A stretch of DNA of 64,000 nucleotides, from assembly GCA_965262425.1 (NCBI GenBank), contig OZ253536.1, forward strand, positions 4,944,412 to 5,008,411. The letters run 5' to 3'. Shown one piece after another: positions 44,942 through 55,895 of the stretch (its first letter is position 1; every line of letters starts with the position of its first letter). The stretch comes from Terriglobia bacterium. GTDB lineage: Bacteria; Acidobacteriota; Terriglobia; 20CM-2-55-15. Made by a program: the position numbers and the translations under genes. The notes beneath the pieces are model-generated. The model was not told the origin of the DNA, searched no databases, and saw only the letters and a program-made list of their open reading frames with translations.

Positions 44942-47281
44942 ATGTCGCGGCTCTACAGCCTTCGGCCCGAGCTCGAGTTCTCCACACAGACCTACCAGGG
45001 CAAACCCTACACCGTCGTCAAGGATCCGGTGACGACACGCTATTTCCGGTTCAGTGCGACACAGGCCGCCATCATGGAGCTGGCCCGGGAGCCGATCGAC
45101 ATCGAGTCTCTGGGGAGCGCGATCTCGGCTCAACTGGGCGGGTCGGTCCCGCAGGCCACGCTCGAGGGGTTTCTGGAATCGCTTGAGGAAAAGCACCTCC
45201 TCGATACCGCGGACGTCAAAGAAAAAATCGCCGACTACCTTGAGCGTAAGCCCAAGGAGGATCGGAACATTCTGTATCTCCGCCTTTTCTCTATGGATCC
45301 GGAGAAGGTGTTTGATTTCCTGCTGCCCAAAATCGCCTGGTGCTTTACGCCCGGGTTCCACGTCTTCGCGATCCTGTCGATCATCACGGGTTTCACGTTG
45401 ACCTATCTGCACGGAAACGAGTTGACCGGCCATGTTCTGAAGCTGCTGAACCTGTACGGCCTGCTATTGATCTGGCTGGTCGTGGCCTCGGTCGTCATGA
45501 TGCACGAGTTCGCGCACGGCTTGACCTGCCGTCACTTCGGGGGGGAGGTCCACGAGCTGGGTTTCATGCTGCTCTACTTCCAGCCGGCATTCTATTGCGA
45601 TGTGAGCGATGCCTGGATGTTTCCGACCCGACGCGAGCGGATGTGGGTGACTTTCGCCGGAGGATATTTTCAGCTCGTGCTGTGGGGCGTGGGGACCGTC
45701 GTCTGGAGGATCACGGCGCCGGACACCCTGATCAACCAGGTCGCGTTGATCGTCATCCTTTTTGCGGGACTGCAGACACTGTTCAACTTCAACCCACTGA
45801 TCAAACTCGACGGCTACTACATGCTCAGCGATTACCTGGAGATTCCCAATCTCCGGGCTAAATCGTTCAAGGCCCTTCGGGCGTGGATCGCGGGGAAGAA
45901 AGACGAGCCGCTGCTCGCATCGGCCCAAAAGCGGGCGTTGCTGACGTTCGGTACAATTTCGCTGACCTTTTCGACAATGCTGCTGTCTTTGATTTACGCT
46001 AACATCTATATTCTTCTGACGTACTACTTCGCCTTCGCAGGCTTTGTCGGATTCTTGGTGTTCGCGCGTTTTACGATGAATAAGACAGCATCCGAGCCGG
46101 TTGCCGGAATCAAGTCGATGATTTCGCGCGCCACGTTAAAGAAGTACCGGAACCTGGGCATCGGGTTGGCCCTGGTGCTCATCTCGATCCTGTTCCACTG
46201 GGAACTCAAGATCACAGCCGATCTGCGCGTCCTTCCCCGGCAGGAATCGATCGTCCGATCCGAGACGGCAGGTACGATAGCCGAGGTCCTGGTTCGCGAA
46301 GGTAGCCACGTGAAGAAGGGCGACGTTGTCGCGCGGCTGTACGACTTCGACAAGGAGAGGACACTGTCGGCTATAAAGGGTGAACTGGGTCAGCTGCGCG
46401 TCGGCCCTCGCCCCGAAGAGGTGGACAGCGCAGAACAACTCGTCGGTACAAAGCGCGTGGAACTGTCCAACGTCCGCCGGAACATCCAATACCGGAACCA
46501 ACTCTAGCAAACCCTGGCGCGAAGGCGGACCGAGTTGCAGCTTTCTGAAATCGAATTCAGGCGAACAAGGGACCTGTTCGAAGAAGACCTCGGTGCCCGG
46601 ATTGACATGGAGAAAGCGGAAACCACGGTGGAGATTTATCGGAATGCGGTAGGTGAAACCGAGGCTTCCATCCAGATGCTCGCCGAGCAGAACGACCGCG
46701 AAGAAGATTTGAAGGAGCAGGAGCTTGCAGAAGCCGAAAGCGCACTCACGCTTGTGCTGGCCGGCTTCAGGACGGAAGACATCCAGCAGAGGGAAGCCGA
46801 GGTCGACATGCTGGAGGAACAGCAGCGGATTCTGGAGAAGGAACTCGCCAAGGCCGACATCCGGGCGCCGATTACCGGGACTGTCGTGACGCCTTTCGTT
46901 CAGAGAATCCTGAACCAATACCTGGTGGCAGGCGACGAAGTCTGCAGGATCGTGGACATGGACACGGTGCAGATTGAAATGATGGTCCCGGAAAAGGAAA
47001 TGGCCGACGTCAAACCGGCTTACCCCATCTTGATGAAGGTCCGCAGCTACCCCACCGATGAATTCGAAGGCCGGGTCGACTTTATCGCACCCGTTGCGGA
47101 AACGGTCTTCAATCAGCGCTTCATAAAAATCCGGACCGAAGTTTCGAATGAGGAGGGAATGCTGAAACCCGAAATGACCGGTGTGGCTAAAATTCACGCT
47201 GGACAACGCCGGATCATCTCCCTGATGACCCGCCGCATCATCCGATGGGTGCGAATCGAATACTGGGATCTTCTGCCGTAG
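44942..47281 (+). pseudogene. peptidase M50-like membrane domain fused to HlyD-family periplasmic adaptor; single frame interrupted by in-frame TAG at 46505
   Basis: HEFAHGLTCRHFGG (HExxH) sits in a polytopic region, followed by biotin-lipoyl and coiled-coil HlyD-like domains. ORF 44942..46507 and ORF 46535..47281 are in the same frame, separated only by an amber codon. Confidence 0.55.
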
Positions 47282-47439
47282 AGTCCACGTCGGCGAACCG
47301 CACTCGCGGGCGACCCTCTTCACGCCAAATCACAGACCGCAAGAATTCATGATTACCGCACCGAGCGCGATTCGCGTAATTAGTGTATTTTTTGTAATCC
47401 TGTGCTGCTCTTGCTGTATTGAAGGCTAAGCAACGCCGT

Positions 47440-47540
47440 TGTAAGGGGCAAATCCGTCGAAAGGCGGAGACGCAAAGCCACAAGACTACGGCTCCGGATC
47501 GAACCCGGAGTCATGTCGGTTGGGCTGCCAATGGATTAGG
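47440..47540 (+). ncRNA. c-di-GMP-I (GEMM) riboswitch-like element, copy 1
   Basis: GGGCAAATCCGTCGAAAGGCGGAGACGCAAAGCCAC...CTCCGGATCGAACCCGGAG...GGGCTGCC carries the GGCAAA-GNRA hairpin-GACGCAAAGCC core conserved in GEMM aptamers (cf. V. cholerae Vc2). Confidence 0.7.
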
Positions 47541-47599
47541 ACGTGGCAGCAATCACGGCATGGAAGCCTTCTGCCCTCCTTGACCGAATACAGTTCCTT

Positions 47600-47715
47600 T
47601 GACAAAAGCAAACCCGCCGAAAGGCGGAGACGCAAAGCTTCGAGACTAACGCTTCAGGCTCGTTCCCGAACGTCCTGGGAGCTACGTTCGTCGGGCTGCC
47701 AAGAGGTTCAACTGG
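47600..47715 (+). ncRNA. c-di-GMP-I (GEMM) riboswitch-like element, copy 2 (tandem)
   Basis: AGCAAACCCGCCGAAAGGCGGAGACGCAAAGCTTCGAGACTAACG...GGGCTGCC. The P1 stem shows a compensatory T>C change relative to copy 1 (CCGTC/GGCGG vs CCGCC/GGCGG). Confidence 0.7.
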
Positions 47716-47878
47716 CCTCGGGCAGCCTTTGTTGGTTCTGCAACGAAAAACGAACTGGAGGTAGCCACATGTACGGTGTGATCTGGGTGTAAGCCCGCGC
47801 TGAATTTCGCGACGAACTTGCGCGGCGGCGCCTGTCGTTCCGCAAAATCAAACTCCTTAACCCCTGGAGAATGAGAAA

Positions 47879-47998
47879 TGACTGAGAACAATGTTGTCCT
47901 GACTGAACTGGAAATCGAGGTTGAAGAACTGGAACAGAAGATTGCTCCGAGTGGTTCACTGGCCGTTGACAAGTAGGCCGCCAATCAATCGAAAGTAG
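47879..47998 (+). CDS. small ORF (39 aa) between riboswitches and HD-GYP gene
   Basis: The protein MTENNVVLTELEIEVEELEQKLLRVVHWPLTSRPPINRK is preceded by GGAGAATGAGAA and lies in an AT-richer region. It is speculative. Confidence 0.25.
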
Positions 47999-48054
47999 TA
48001 GACTGCAGGCTTGAGGGCGGGGGGAAGGAAAAACCTCCCGCTCTGACGCCGTCT

Positions 48055-50526
48055 TTGGAGGTCTTTTCGGTGAACTGGCACCAGCTTCATTTTCGGGCAA
48101 AGGCGTATCTCATCGGTTCCTACGTCTTCGGTGCTGTCTTCGCCTTCGTCTCCCTTACAGCAGCTCACAATCGCTTTGTCTATCCGTGGGTCCTGCTGAC
48201 TCTGGCATCTATTGTTGTAGCCACAATCAACGTTCGTCTCCCGATGACCGGACATCGGGTCGTTATTTCAATGGGGGATGTATTCACGATCCTCGCGCTT
48301 CTTCAGTTCGGTCCCGGACCCGCCCTGGTAATGTATTGGGGCAACCTCGTCAGTGCCCATACGACCGACCAGATCAAGAAATACGGTTGGGACTTCCTCC
48401 GACAAACATCACCCTACAAATACGCTTTCAATTTCGCTATCTGCGCCTCGTCGATCTGGGCAATGAATCTGGCGCTTGTTCTTGTGGATCGCCTGGGTTT
48501 GTCCGAATCGGTAACGTTGGCTACGAGCCTCGCGGCTCTTGCAGGGACATGGTTCATTGTGAACACGGTCCCTCTGTCTCTCACGATCGCGCTTCTGAAT
48601 CACCAGTCTTTCTGGAAGACCTGGTCCGACGGTCTCGTCCTGTACCTGCTCAATTTTTTCGGTTCCGCAGCAGCAGCGGGACTGATGTTCAAGTTCTACG
48701 AAGAGGCCGGGTCTTCAGTCTTTCTATTCGCACTGCCGATCGTCGCGGTCATCTATCAGCTCTACCTGTTTTACATCGACAAGTTCGAGCATGCGCAGGC
48801 CCACATCGCGGAGTTGAACAAGCTCTACCTTCAAACCGTCGAGGCCCTCGCGTCGGCCGTCGATGCCAAGGACCGCTACACCCACGGTCACGTCCGTCGG
48901 GTCCAGGTGTACGCGGTCGAGTTGGCAAAGCGGATGGGTATCGAAGACGCCAACGAGTTGATGGCGATTCGCTCCGGCGCCCTGCTGCACGACATCGGAA
49001 AGATCGCGATACCTGAATACATTCTGAACAAGCCAACAGTCCTCACCGAATCTGAATTCGAGAAGATGAAGAGCCATCCTGCAGTCGGCGCCGTCATGCT
49101 GCAAGGCATCGAGTTTCCATTTCCGGTGGAGCCACTCGTGAAGTCCCACCACGAACGCTGGGACGGAAGGGGCTATCCGGAGGGTTTGAAGGGTGATGAG
49201 ATCCCGCTGAGTGCGCGTATTCTGTCGCTCGTCGATTGCTATGACGCTATGACGACGGACCGACCGTACAGGTCGCCGATGGCTCGTGATCAATTGATCG
49301 AATTCTTCCTGCGGGAGTCGGGCGGGGCTTACGACCCGGCCGTGGTCGATGCGTTCGTCGAACACATAGAACTGCTCGAAGCGGAAGGGGCCAAAATAGA
49401 AGTCGCGCCGTCTGACATTTGGGGTGGCGAAACCGCAGGCTCTGCGGGAACGGAAAACGTCCGTCCACTTGAAAAGGTTCAACCCACGCTGACCTACAGC
49501 AAAGCCATGGACGTGAACGCGCTCGCGCAGGCGGAGTTGTATTCTCTGTTCGAATTCGTGCGTGCTGCGAACTGCCTGCGAGTCGACGACGTTCTCGCTT
49601 TCGTCGGCATCAAGCTGGAAAGGCTGATTCGCTTCGATGCCGCGGTCTTCTACCTCGCGGACCTCGATCGCGGGATCGTGACACCGGGCCATGTTCTGGG
49701 TAAGGGAAAGCGGGTGATCAAGAATGTGACATTGCCCCTGGATCAGAAACTAAGCGGTTGGGTGGCTGCTAACAACCAGGCCCTGAGCAACCTGCCACCC
49801 TTTCCCGACTTCCTGAATGTCGAAGATCCCAAGCCGGCATTCGAGATCTCGAGTATCGTGCCAATGAATCATCGCGGCGTCGTTATCGGCTCTCTCGCTT
49901 TGTATCGCGAAGAAAAGACGAAGTTCACCGACCTGGAATTCCGTCATCTTGAAATCGTTGCAGGCCAGACGGCTGCCGCGCTGAACCGGGCGCGTGAGCA
50001 GGAGAGTTCGCAGACAGCCCTTTTTGACGAACTGACCCAACTGCCGAACGGTTATCAGCTCTACCTGATGTTTGACCAGGTTGCCATGGACGCCCAACGT
50101 TACGACTACCCGCTCTCGCTCTTGGCCTTCCGGTTGGAAAGTCTGGAGGACGTCACTCGTCGATACGGGCACCTGAGCGCTGCTGAGATGGTCCGGTTCA
50201 TCGCACGATATCTAAAGGACGAGGTTCGTGACACGGACATTCTGGTCCGTTATTCAAATGACCAGTTTCTAACGCTACATCCAAAGATGAGCCGGGATCA
50301 GGCCGAAGTGTTGAAGTCACGTATCCAGAATGAATTGGACCAGCACCGATTTCCGATCCGGCACGGTGTGGACGTATCCCCGCGGTTGTCCATTGGCATA
50401 GCTGAATTTCACGAAGAAGGCTCAAAACTGGAAGACCTGTTGTCGATTGCAGAATGGCGGCTGACCGAAGACGAAAAGTCGCGCTCCGTCGCACGCCGAA
50501 CCCTTCCATTTCCCTCCCAGCATTAA
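48055..50526 (+). CDS. 7TM receptor-HD-GYP phosphodiesterase-GAF-degenerate GGDEF protein
   Basis: It has an HD motif (HGHVRRV...LLHDIGK) and a GYP motif (HHERWDGRGYP). The C-terminal GGDEF-like domain has SNDQF in place of GGDEF, but an intact RxxD I-site (RDTD) 5 residues upstream. The start is uncertain (TTG 48055 or GTG 48070). Confidence 0.85.
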   Translation: MEVFSVNWHQLHFRAKAYLIGSYVFGAVFAFVSLTAAHNRFVYPWVLLTLASIVVATINVRLPMTGHRVVISMGDVFTILALLQFGPGPALVMYWGNLVSAHTTDQIKKYGWDFLRQTSPYKYAFNFAICASSIWAMNLALVLVDRLGLSESVTLATSLAALAGTWFIVNTVPLSLTIALLNHQSFWKTWSDGLVLYLLNFFGSAAAAGLMFKFYEEAGSSVFLFALPIVAVIYQLYLFYIDKFEHAQAHIAELNKLYLQTVEALASAVDAKDRYTHGHVRRVQVYAVELAKRMGIEDANELMAIRSGALLHDIGKIAIPEYILNKPTVLTESEFEKMKSHPAVGAVMLQGIEFPFPVEPLVKSHHERWDGRGYPEGLKGDEIPLSARILSLVDCYDAMTTDRPYRSPMARDQLIEFFLRESGGAYDPAVVDAFVEHIELLEAEGAKIEVAPSDIWGGETAGSAGTENVRPLEKVQPTLTYSKAMDVNALAQAELYSLFEFVRAANCLRVDDVLAFVGIKLERLIRFDAAVFYLADLDRGIVTPGHVLGKGKRVIKNVTLPLDQKLSGWVAANNQALSNLPPFPDFLNVEDPKPAFEISSIVPMNHRGVVIGSLALYREEKTKFTDLEFRHLEIVAGQTAAALNRAREQESSQTALFDELTQLPNGYQLYLMFDQVAMDAQRYDYPLSLLAFRLESLEDVTRRYGHLSAAEMVRFIARYLKDEVRDTDILVRYSNDQFLTLHPKMSRDQAEVLKSRIQNELDQHRFPIRHGVDVSPRLSIGIAEFHEEGSKLEDLLSIAEWRLTEDEKSRSVARRTLPFPSQH

Positions 50527-50717
50527 GAGAAAAGTCGCGGTTTTTGCGTTCTTTTGTGTTGCTCAGAATGCGATAATTGCGCCCCATTACATGCTAAGAA
50601 ACTGATTCCCCAGTGCTTGAGACTGGCAATTAAAATGCGCGACTTATATCGCAGTGTTTTGAGAATCCTAGCGTCCGTAAGACAATTCCGGCGCAAACAA
50701 CCACCGGAGGTCACTCG

Positions 50718-52116
50718 ATGCAGCGGTTTCTGACGAGACGTTTCGAAATAGAGCGAGTCTTGCGGCGGTCGAAATACGTCACCTCGTTTGTGGGTCACGA
50801 CCGCTGGACCGACCGCCGTGAAGTATTCGTCAAGTGCATTCCAGGCAGGGTCTGTCAGATATCGGCGGGATTTGAGAAGCGGCTCGCATGGTATCGAAGC
50901 ATTGCACATCCTCGGATGGGAAATGTTGTTGAAGCCGGATTCACGCCGGGAAAGGACTTCTACTACGTCCGGGACTACTATCCTGCATCGGCAAAAGGTT
51001 TTCTCGACGGGGCGGACCCAAGCACAATCGCCTCAAGATTGGTTGGGGCCTGCCTGTTGCTACAGACCCACGGAATCGTTCACGGAAGGATCAAACCCTC
51101 AAACGTTCTGAACCAGGACGATGGATCGCTTCGACTGGTCGACGGCGGTCTTCCCGGACGGCCTGTCGAAACCTTCAGCGTCGAGGATGTAAGGTCGAAT
51201 GCGCCTGAGATACTTGCAGGTGGGCGACCGTCGCTGGAGGCCGATCTCTACTCGCTCGGCGCCGTGCTGTACCGTCTGTTCGCTAGACGGGATTTGTTTG
51301 AAGATTCCAACCTGGAACTCCTCAAACACAAATATCTCCATGCGTTGCCAGTGCCTCTGTCCGAATTGTGCGATGAATCTCGTGCGCTATCGGAGATCGT
51401 TTCGGGTCTGCTCGACAAAGAGCCCGCTTCTCGATTGGCAGCGTTCCCATCTCTGAGCGACCTTCTCAACGTCCGTTACTCTGCCCCGACGCAAGCACCA
51501 TTTATCGGTCGAGTGTCGGAATTCCAAAAGGCACTGGACATCCTGTCGGTGAAAGGCAACAGAACGCAGGTCGTGTCTGTGGAAGGAGAGGCGGGAATTG
51601 GGAAGACGCGCTTCGTTGCCGAGTTGGCCTTCCTTCACCAATTGACCGCTGGTCGGTTTCTGGTGGGACGATGTTATGAACGTGAGAACCGCGCATACGA
51701 ACCAATCCTGCAGTTGGTTGGCCAACGGCTGAAATGGCGAGACCAGAAGCTCGACAATTGGATCAGGAATGACGGGGGTCGCTTTGGACCTTCCTTGAAA
51801 CGCCTCTTCCCCGACTTTGACGATGTCCTGTCCGACGTCCCGCATGAAGACCGCCCCATCAGTGCCGGGAAAATGGTTTCAGACCTGGCAGGGACCGTGA
51901 TCTCACTTGCCGACCTGTCGCCTACCACGATCGTTCTTGAGGACGTGCACTGGATCGATGAGGGAAGCCTTCGGATCCTGGAACAGATCTATTTTAGGGC
52001 GGGAGAGTCCAGGCTCAGCCTGGTATTGACTTTGAGGAGGGGGATGGCCCAACCAGCAATGCTCCGCTTTCTGGAGGAACCGACCCACCCAGGAATTGAT
52101 CTTCATCGAATCCCTC
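50718..52116 (+). pseudogene. giant regulator fragment 1: Ser/Thr pseudokinase domain + STAND/AAA NTPase N-terminal part (interrupted by IS630 copy A)
   Basis: It has a kinase-like fold with VFVKCIP, HGRIKPSN (catalytic Asp missing), DGG (for DFG) and APE. The NTPase motif GEAGIGKTRFV ... LEDVHWID follows. The frame continues across the IS excision. Confidence 0.8.
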
Positions 52117-53271
52117 TAGTGGTCCCCGTCAAACAGACTGTAACTTATCGAGCTTCTTTCGGGCACGTTGAACTTTTTCAAGAATATCGGAAGCCGTTGC
52201 GGTCCAAATGAAGGGCTTCGGGTTCTGATTGTGACCCCCGACATATTCCTCCACGGCCTGGATTAGCTCAGGAACCGAATGGAAAACCCCGCGCCGAAGC
52301 AGTTGTTCGGAAAGATCCCGGAAGAAGCGTTCGACCATGTTCAGCCAGGATGCACTGGTCGGTGTGAAGTGCACATGAAAGCGCGTGTTGCGCTTCAACC
52401 AGTTGACGACTTTCTGATGTTTGTGCGTGGCGTAGTTGTCGCAAATGATATGGATCTGTTTGTCTTTCGGCACGGAACGTTTGATCTGATTGAGAAACCG
52501 GATCCATTCCTGATGACGATGCTTCGGCATACAGGTCCCGATAATCGAGCCGTCCAGCGTATTGAGCGCGGCGAACATCGTGGTCGTCCCGTTGCGTTTG
52601 TAGTCGTGGGTGAGGGTGCCGCACCGCCCCTTCTTCAGAGGTAACCCGGGTTGCGTGCGGTCCAGGGCCTGCATCTGGCTCTTCTCATCGCAGGACAAAA
52701 CAATGGCGTTTTCCGGAGGGTTCAGATACAAACCGACCACATCCTCCAACTTCTCGACAAATTGTTTGTCGTTGGAAAGTTTGAAGGTGCGTGCCAGATG
52801 AGGCTTCAAGCCATGAGCCCGCCAGATTCTCCCTACCGTGGACTCGCTGACGCCGGTTGCCCTGGCCATCAAGGACCGGCTCCAGTGCGTGGCGTTCGGA
52901 GGCTTCCCTTCGACCGTCTTCTTCACGATCCGGGCCCGCTTCCGGCGGCCGATCGAGGGAATCCGTCCACTGCGGGAAGCGTCCTTTTCGATTCCCCCGA
53001 GGCCATCTTCAACGAAACGATCGCGCCAACGTCCGGCCTTTTGACGAGTGATGTCCAACTTGGCAGCGATCTCCTGATTGTCCAGACCCCCGGCGGCCAG
53101 CAAGACAATTCGAGATCGTTCCGCCAACCGGACCGCCACACTGCGGCTTCGGCTCAGTCGCTCCAGTTCCTTCCGCACAGGAATGTCCAATTTAATCGTC
53201 GGTGCTCTCCTCATATATACTCAGACGTAGGAAATCTGAATAAGTTACATTAACTGTGACGGATTACACTA
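52117..53271 (-). mobile_element. IS630-family element copy A (1155 bp, TA target duplication)
   Basis: It has imperfect ~32-bp TIRs, TAGTGGTCCCCGTCA... and ...TGACGGATTACACTA. It encodes the 361-aa DDE transposase 52129..53214. Confidence 0.9.
52129..53214 (-). CDS. IS630-family transposase
   Basis: The 361-aa protein has an N-terminal HTH and a C-terminal DDE domain. It is identical in length to copy B. Confidence 0.9.
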   Translation of the reverse strand: MRRAPTIKLDIPVRKELERLSRSRSVAVRLAERSRIVLLAAGGLDNQEIAAKLDITRQKAGRWRDRFVEDGLGGIEKDASRSGRIPSIGRRKRARIVKKTVEGKPPNATHWSRSLMARATGVSESTVGRIWRAHGLKPHLARTFKLSNDKQFVEKLEDVVGLYLNPPENAIVLSCDEKSQMQALDRTQPGLPLKKGRCGTLTHDYKRNGTTTMFAALNTLDGSIIGTCMPKHRHQEWIRFLNQIKRSVPKDKQIHIICDNYATHKHQKVVNWLKRNTRFHVHFTPTSASWLNMVERFFRDLSEQLLRRGVFHSVPELIQAVEEYVGGHNQNPKPFIWTATASDILEKVQRARKKLDKLQSV

Positions 53272-55895
53272 GCGGCTCTGGACGACACATCCACCTTCGA
53301 CCTCGCACAGAAGCTTACGGACGACGGTCGGCGGGTTCCCTGGATTACTGCCAACGCAGGCGGAAACCCTCTTTTTCTTGAAAAATGTGCCCGGTATCAG
53401 GCTAGGAATCTCAGTAGCCTGCCGGGGCGGGTGGAGGACATTCTCCTTCAAAAGGTTGGAAGCCTCAAGTCTGCAGACAAGCAGGTCGCGGAATTCCTTT
53501 CCTTGTTCCCAAAGCCGTTACCTGCTGCTCTCGGGAAGAAGGTGCTCGCCTCATTACCCGGTCAAGCGGTCGAGAGCTTGGATCGACTCATCGAGTCGAG
53601 TATTCTCTGCGGAAACCACGACGAGATAGCGTTTCGACACGACGGTATTCGTGAAGCAATCTATCGCAACTTGACTCGGAACCGGCGGAAGCACTACCAC
53701 CGAATTGTTTTCGATTTGCTGTCGAAAGAAGGCTCGGACAAGGAAGCCGCCGGATACCACGCGGCGGGCGCCGGAATGACAGAGGAGGCCGCGAGAGCCT
53801 ACGAGCATGCGGCGTTCGGGAACAGGTACTTGACTAACTATCGAACCGGCGCAGAGCTCTTCGAACTTTCTCGAAATCTATGGACTCAGCTGAGGAAACG
53901 GGTCGCCCCAAAGTCACAGATCGAACATGCACGGTGCCTGCTCGGGGTCGGTAGATACAGGAAGGCACGCAATCTGCTCGACGAGCTACTCTCTGATCCG
54001 GTCGGACTTGAACCTCAAGACCGCTCACGAATATACACGCTGCTGGCAAATCTCGCAGAGTCTGCATTGGAGTCGATCGCATTGCTTCAAAAGGCGCTTG
54101 ACAGTTGCCCTCCGACTGCCGGGGTTTCTGGTAGAGAGGGATTGGTCCCTCTCGCTCAAGCGTATGCGATCGCCGGAAAGGTGCAGGAGGCCTACAGTCA
54201 CTTGAGGTTGGTTGAACGAAACCTCCAAGAGACACCACCGGAACCGGTTCATGCCGTGTGGCTGTCTGCGATCAAAGGAAACATATTTATTTCGCTATGT
54301 GCCTATAAGAAGGCACTCAAGGTCCTACACTCCGGTGTCGAACGGAGCGACCTGGAACCGATCGTGCTCAATAACGTGGCCGTGTGCCTGGAGCACGTGG
54401 GCAAACTAAGCGAGGCCTGTGTTCATCAAGCAAAGGTTCTTGAGATTGTTCGTAGCACGGGTCTCATGGCAGCCGAGCTTCAGTCACTGGCGAATCTGGG
54501 GGCGTTTGAAACAAAAAGCGGGAATCTCCAGGAAGCCGCCAAATGGTTCCGAGAAGCTGGGGATTTCTGTAATGCGATGAATTTCTATCGCGAGGGTGAT
54601 CGGACCAACCTGCCATTGCTGGACGCCGATCAAGCTTTCCTGTGCATGGAAATCGGGGAGTACGCCAGAGCACGAAGACTCTTAGGTTCCGCCGGGAGAA
54701 TGCTCAAACGGGATACGGCAAGTCAGAAGGCCATTTGGGTGGCGCTTCGAAAATGCGAGATCTACGAACGAACTGGCGAGTCGACGCTGGCGAAACGAGC
54801 CTGGGCGTCGGTTCGAAACGCGGAACTTTTCGGCACGGACTTCTTCAGTGTGGAACGGACACTTCTGGCATCGAGTAACGGAAAGGATTCACTAAACGAT
54901 CGCGTCGGTGGCCTCCTCGACGCTCTCACCTTAACGGAGTCCACAGGAACCACCTATCAACGTTGCCGGGTCCTCATGGAACTGGCAACTAACTTGCTCC
55001 TTGTAGGCAAGACTGACGACGCCGGAAAGCGGCTTGCAGAGGCGGACAGGCTTAGTCGAAAGTATGGATACCAGCCATTCAGAGCGAAGATCCTGCTCAT
55101 GCGAGGGATGTTAACGAGCGGCGCCCAGAAGAAGGAGGCCTATTTCACGGAATCCTATCAGCTCGCGTCGGAGATGGGCTTACGTGAGATCTCTGCTGAG
55201 TCTGCGTTTCGACTCGGCGAACACCAACTGGGGTTAGCGAATCTGTTGAACGCACGCGAGTACCTGTCACGAAGCGTGGATACCATAAACAATCTGGCCA
55301 CCGAAATACCGCTCCGGAACCGAAACCGCTATCTCAATGTGACGTGGAGAAGGCAAGTGATCTCGATTCTCGCCGACGTTGATCTGAAACTTCCTGGGTC
55401 CAACGTGACGCTCGACAACCGGGCCCCGGACCGTCGAGATGACAATCCTTTCTTCAAGGCCATCTACGAGACCACGATTTCCCTGGGCGCCGCCGCAACT
55501 ACCGACGACTGTGTTCGGACGTTGCACCTGGCAATTCGGCGAACTCTGAAATGCAAGGTCGTTCTGATGCTTACCGCGGACGGGAAGGTCGAGTTATACC
55601 CCGTGGGCCTTGACGACAATCTTTCCGGGAAGATTTCAAGACTGTACGCGAACGAGAAAAACCAACCGTTCTTCGGTAATCAGGAGGTCGAAGGAGCCGC
55701 AGGACAGCAAAATCATACGACCGCCTGGATTCCTCTCTCGTCGTCTGGAAGCCAATTCGGTGGCATTTACGTCGACCTCGGCCAACGAAAATTTCGTGAA
55801 GTTGAAATTGAGTTTCTGACGATGCTCGGTGTTATTGGCGGCAATGCCCTGTACGCAATCATTCATGCCGAACAAAAGCCGCAACGGACTCGAGC
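53272..55895 (+). pseudogene. giant regulator fragment 2: remainder of STAND NTPase, TPR/helical array, GAF-like domain
   Basis: It continues in frame from fragment 1 (…HRIPL-AALDDTSTFDLAQKL…). It has TPR-like repeats and a GAF-like C-terminal part, then is cut by IS630 copy B at 55896. Confidence 0.8.

Noticed and set aside
47486-47508. tRNA T-arm-like hairpin CTCCGGatcgaacCCGGAG
   Set aside because: There is no acceptor stem, anticodon arm or CCA context. It fits the P2 stem of the GEMM riboswitch-like element.
52279-53253. Plus-strand ORFs (121, 200, 68, 64 aa) inside IS630 copy A, and identical ones in copies B and C
   Set aside because: They lie antisense to the clearly homologous 361-aa IS630 transposase. 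Their composition is Arg/Pro-rich and typical of GC-rich antisense frames.
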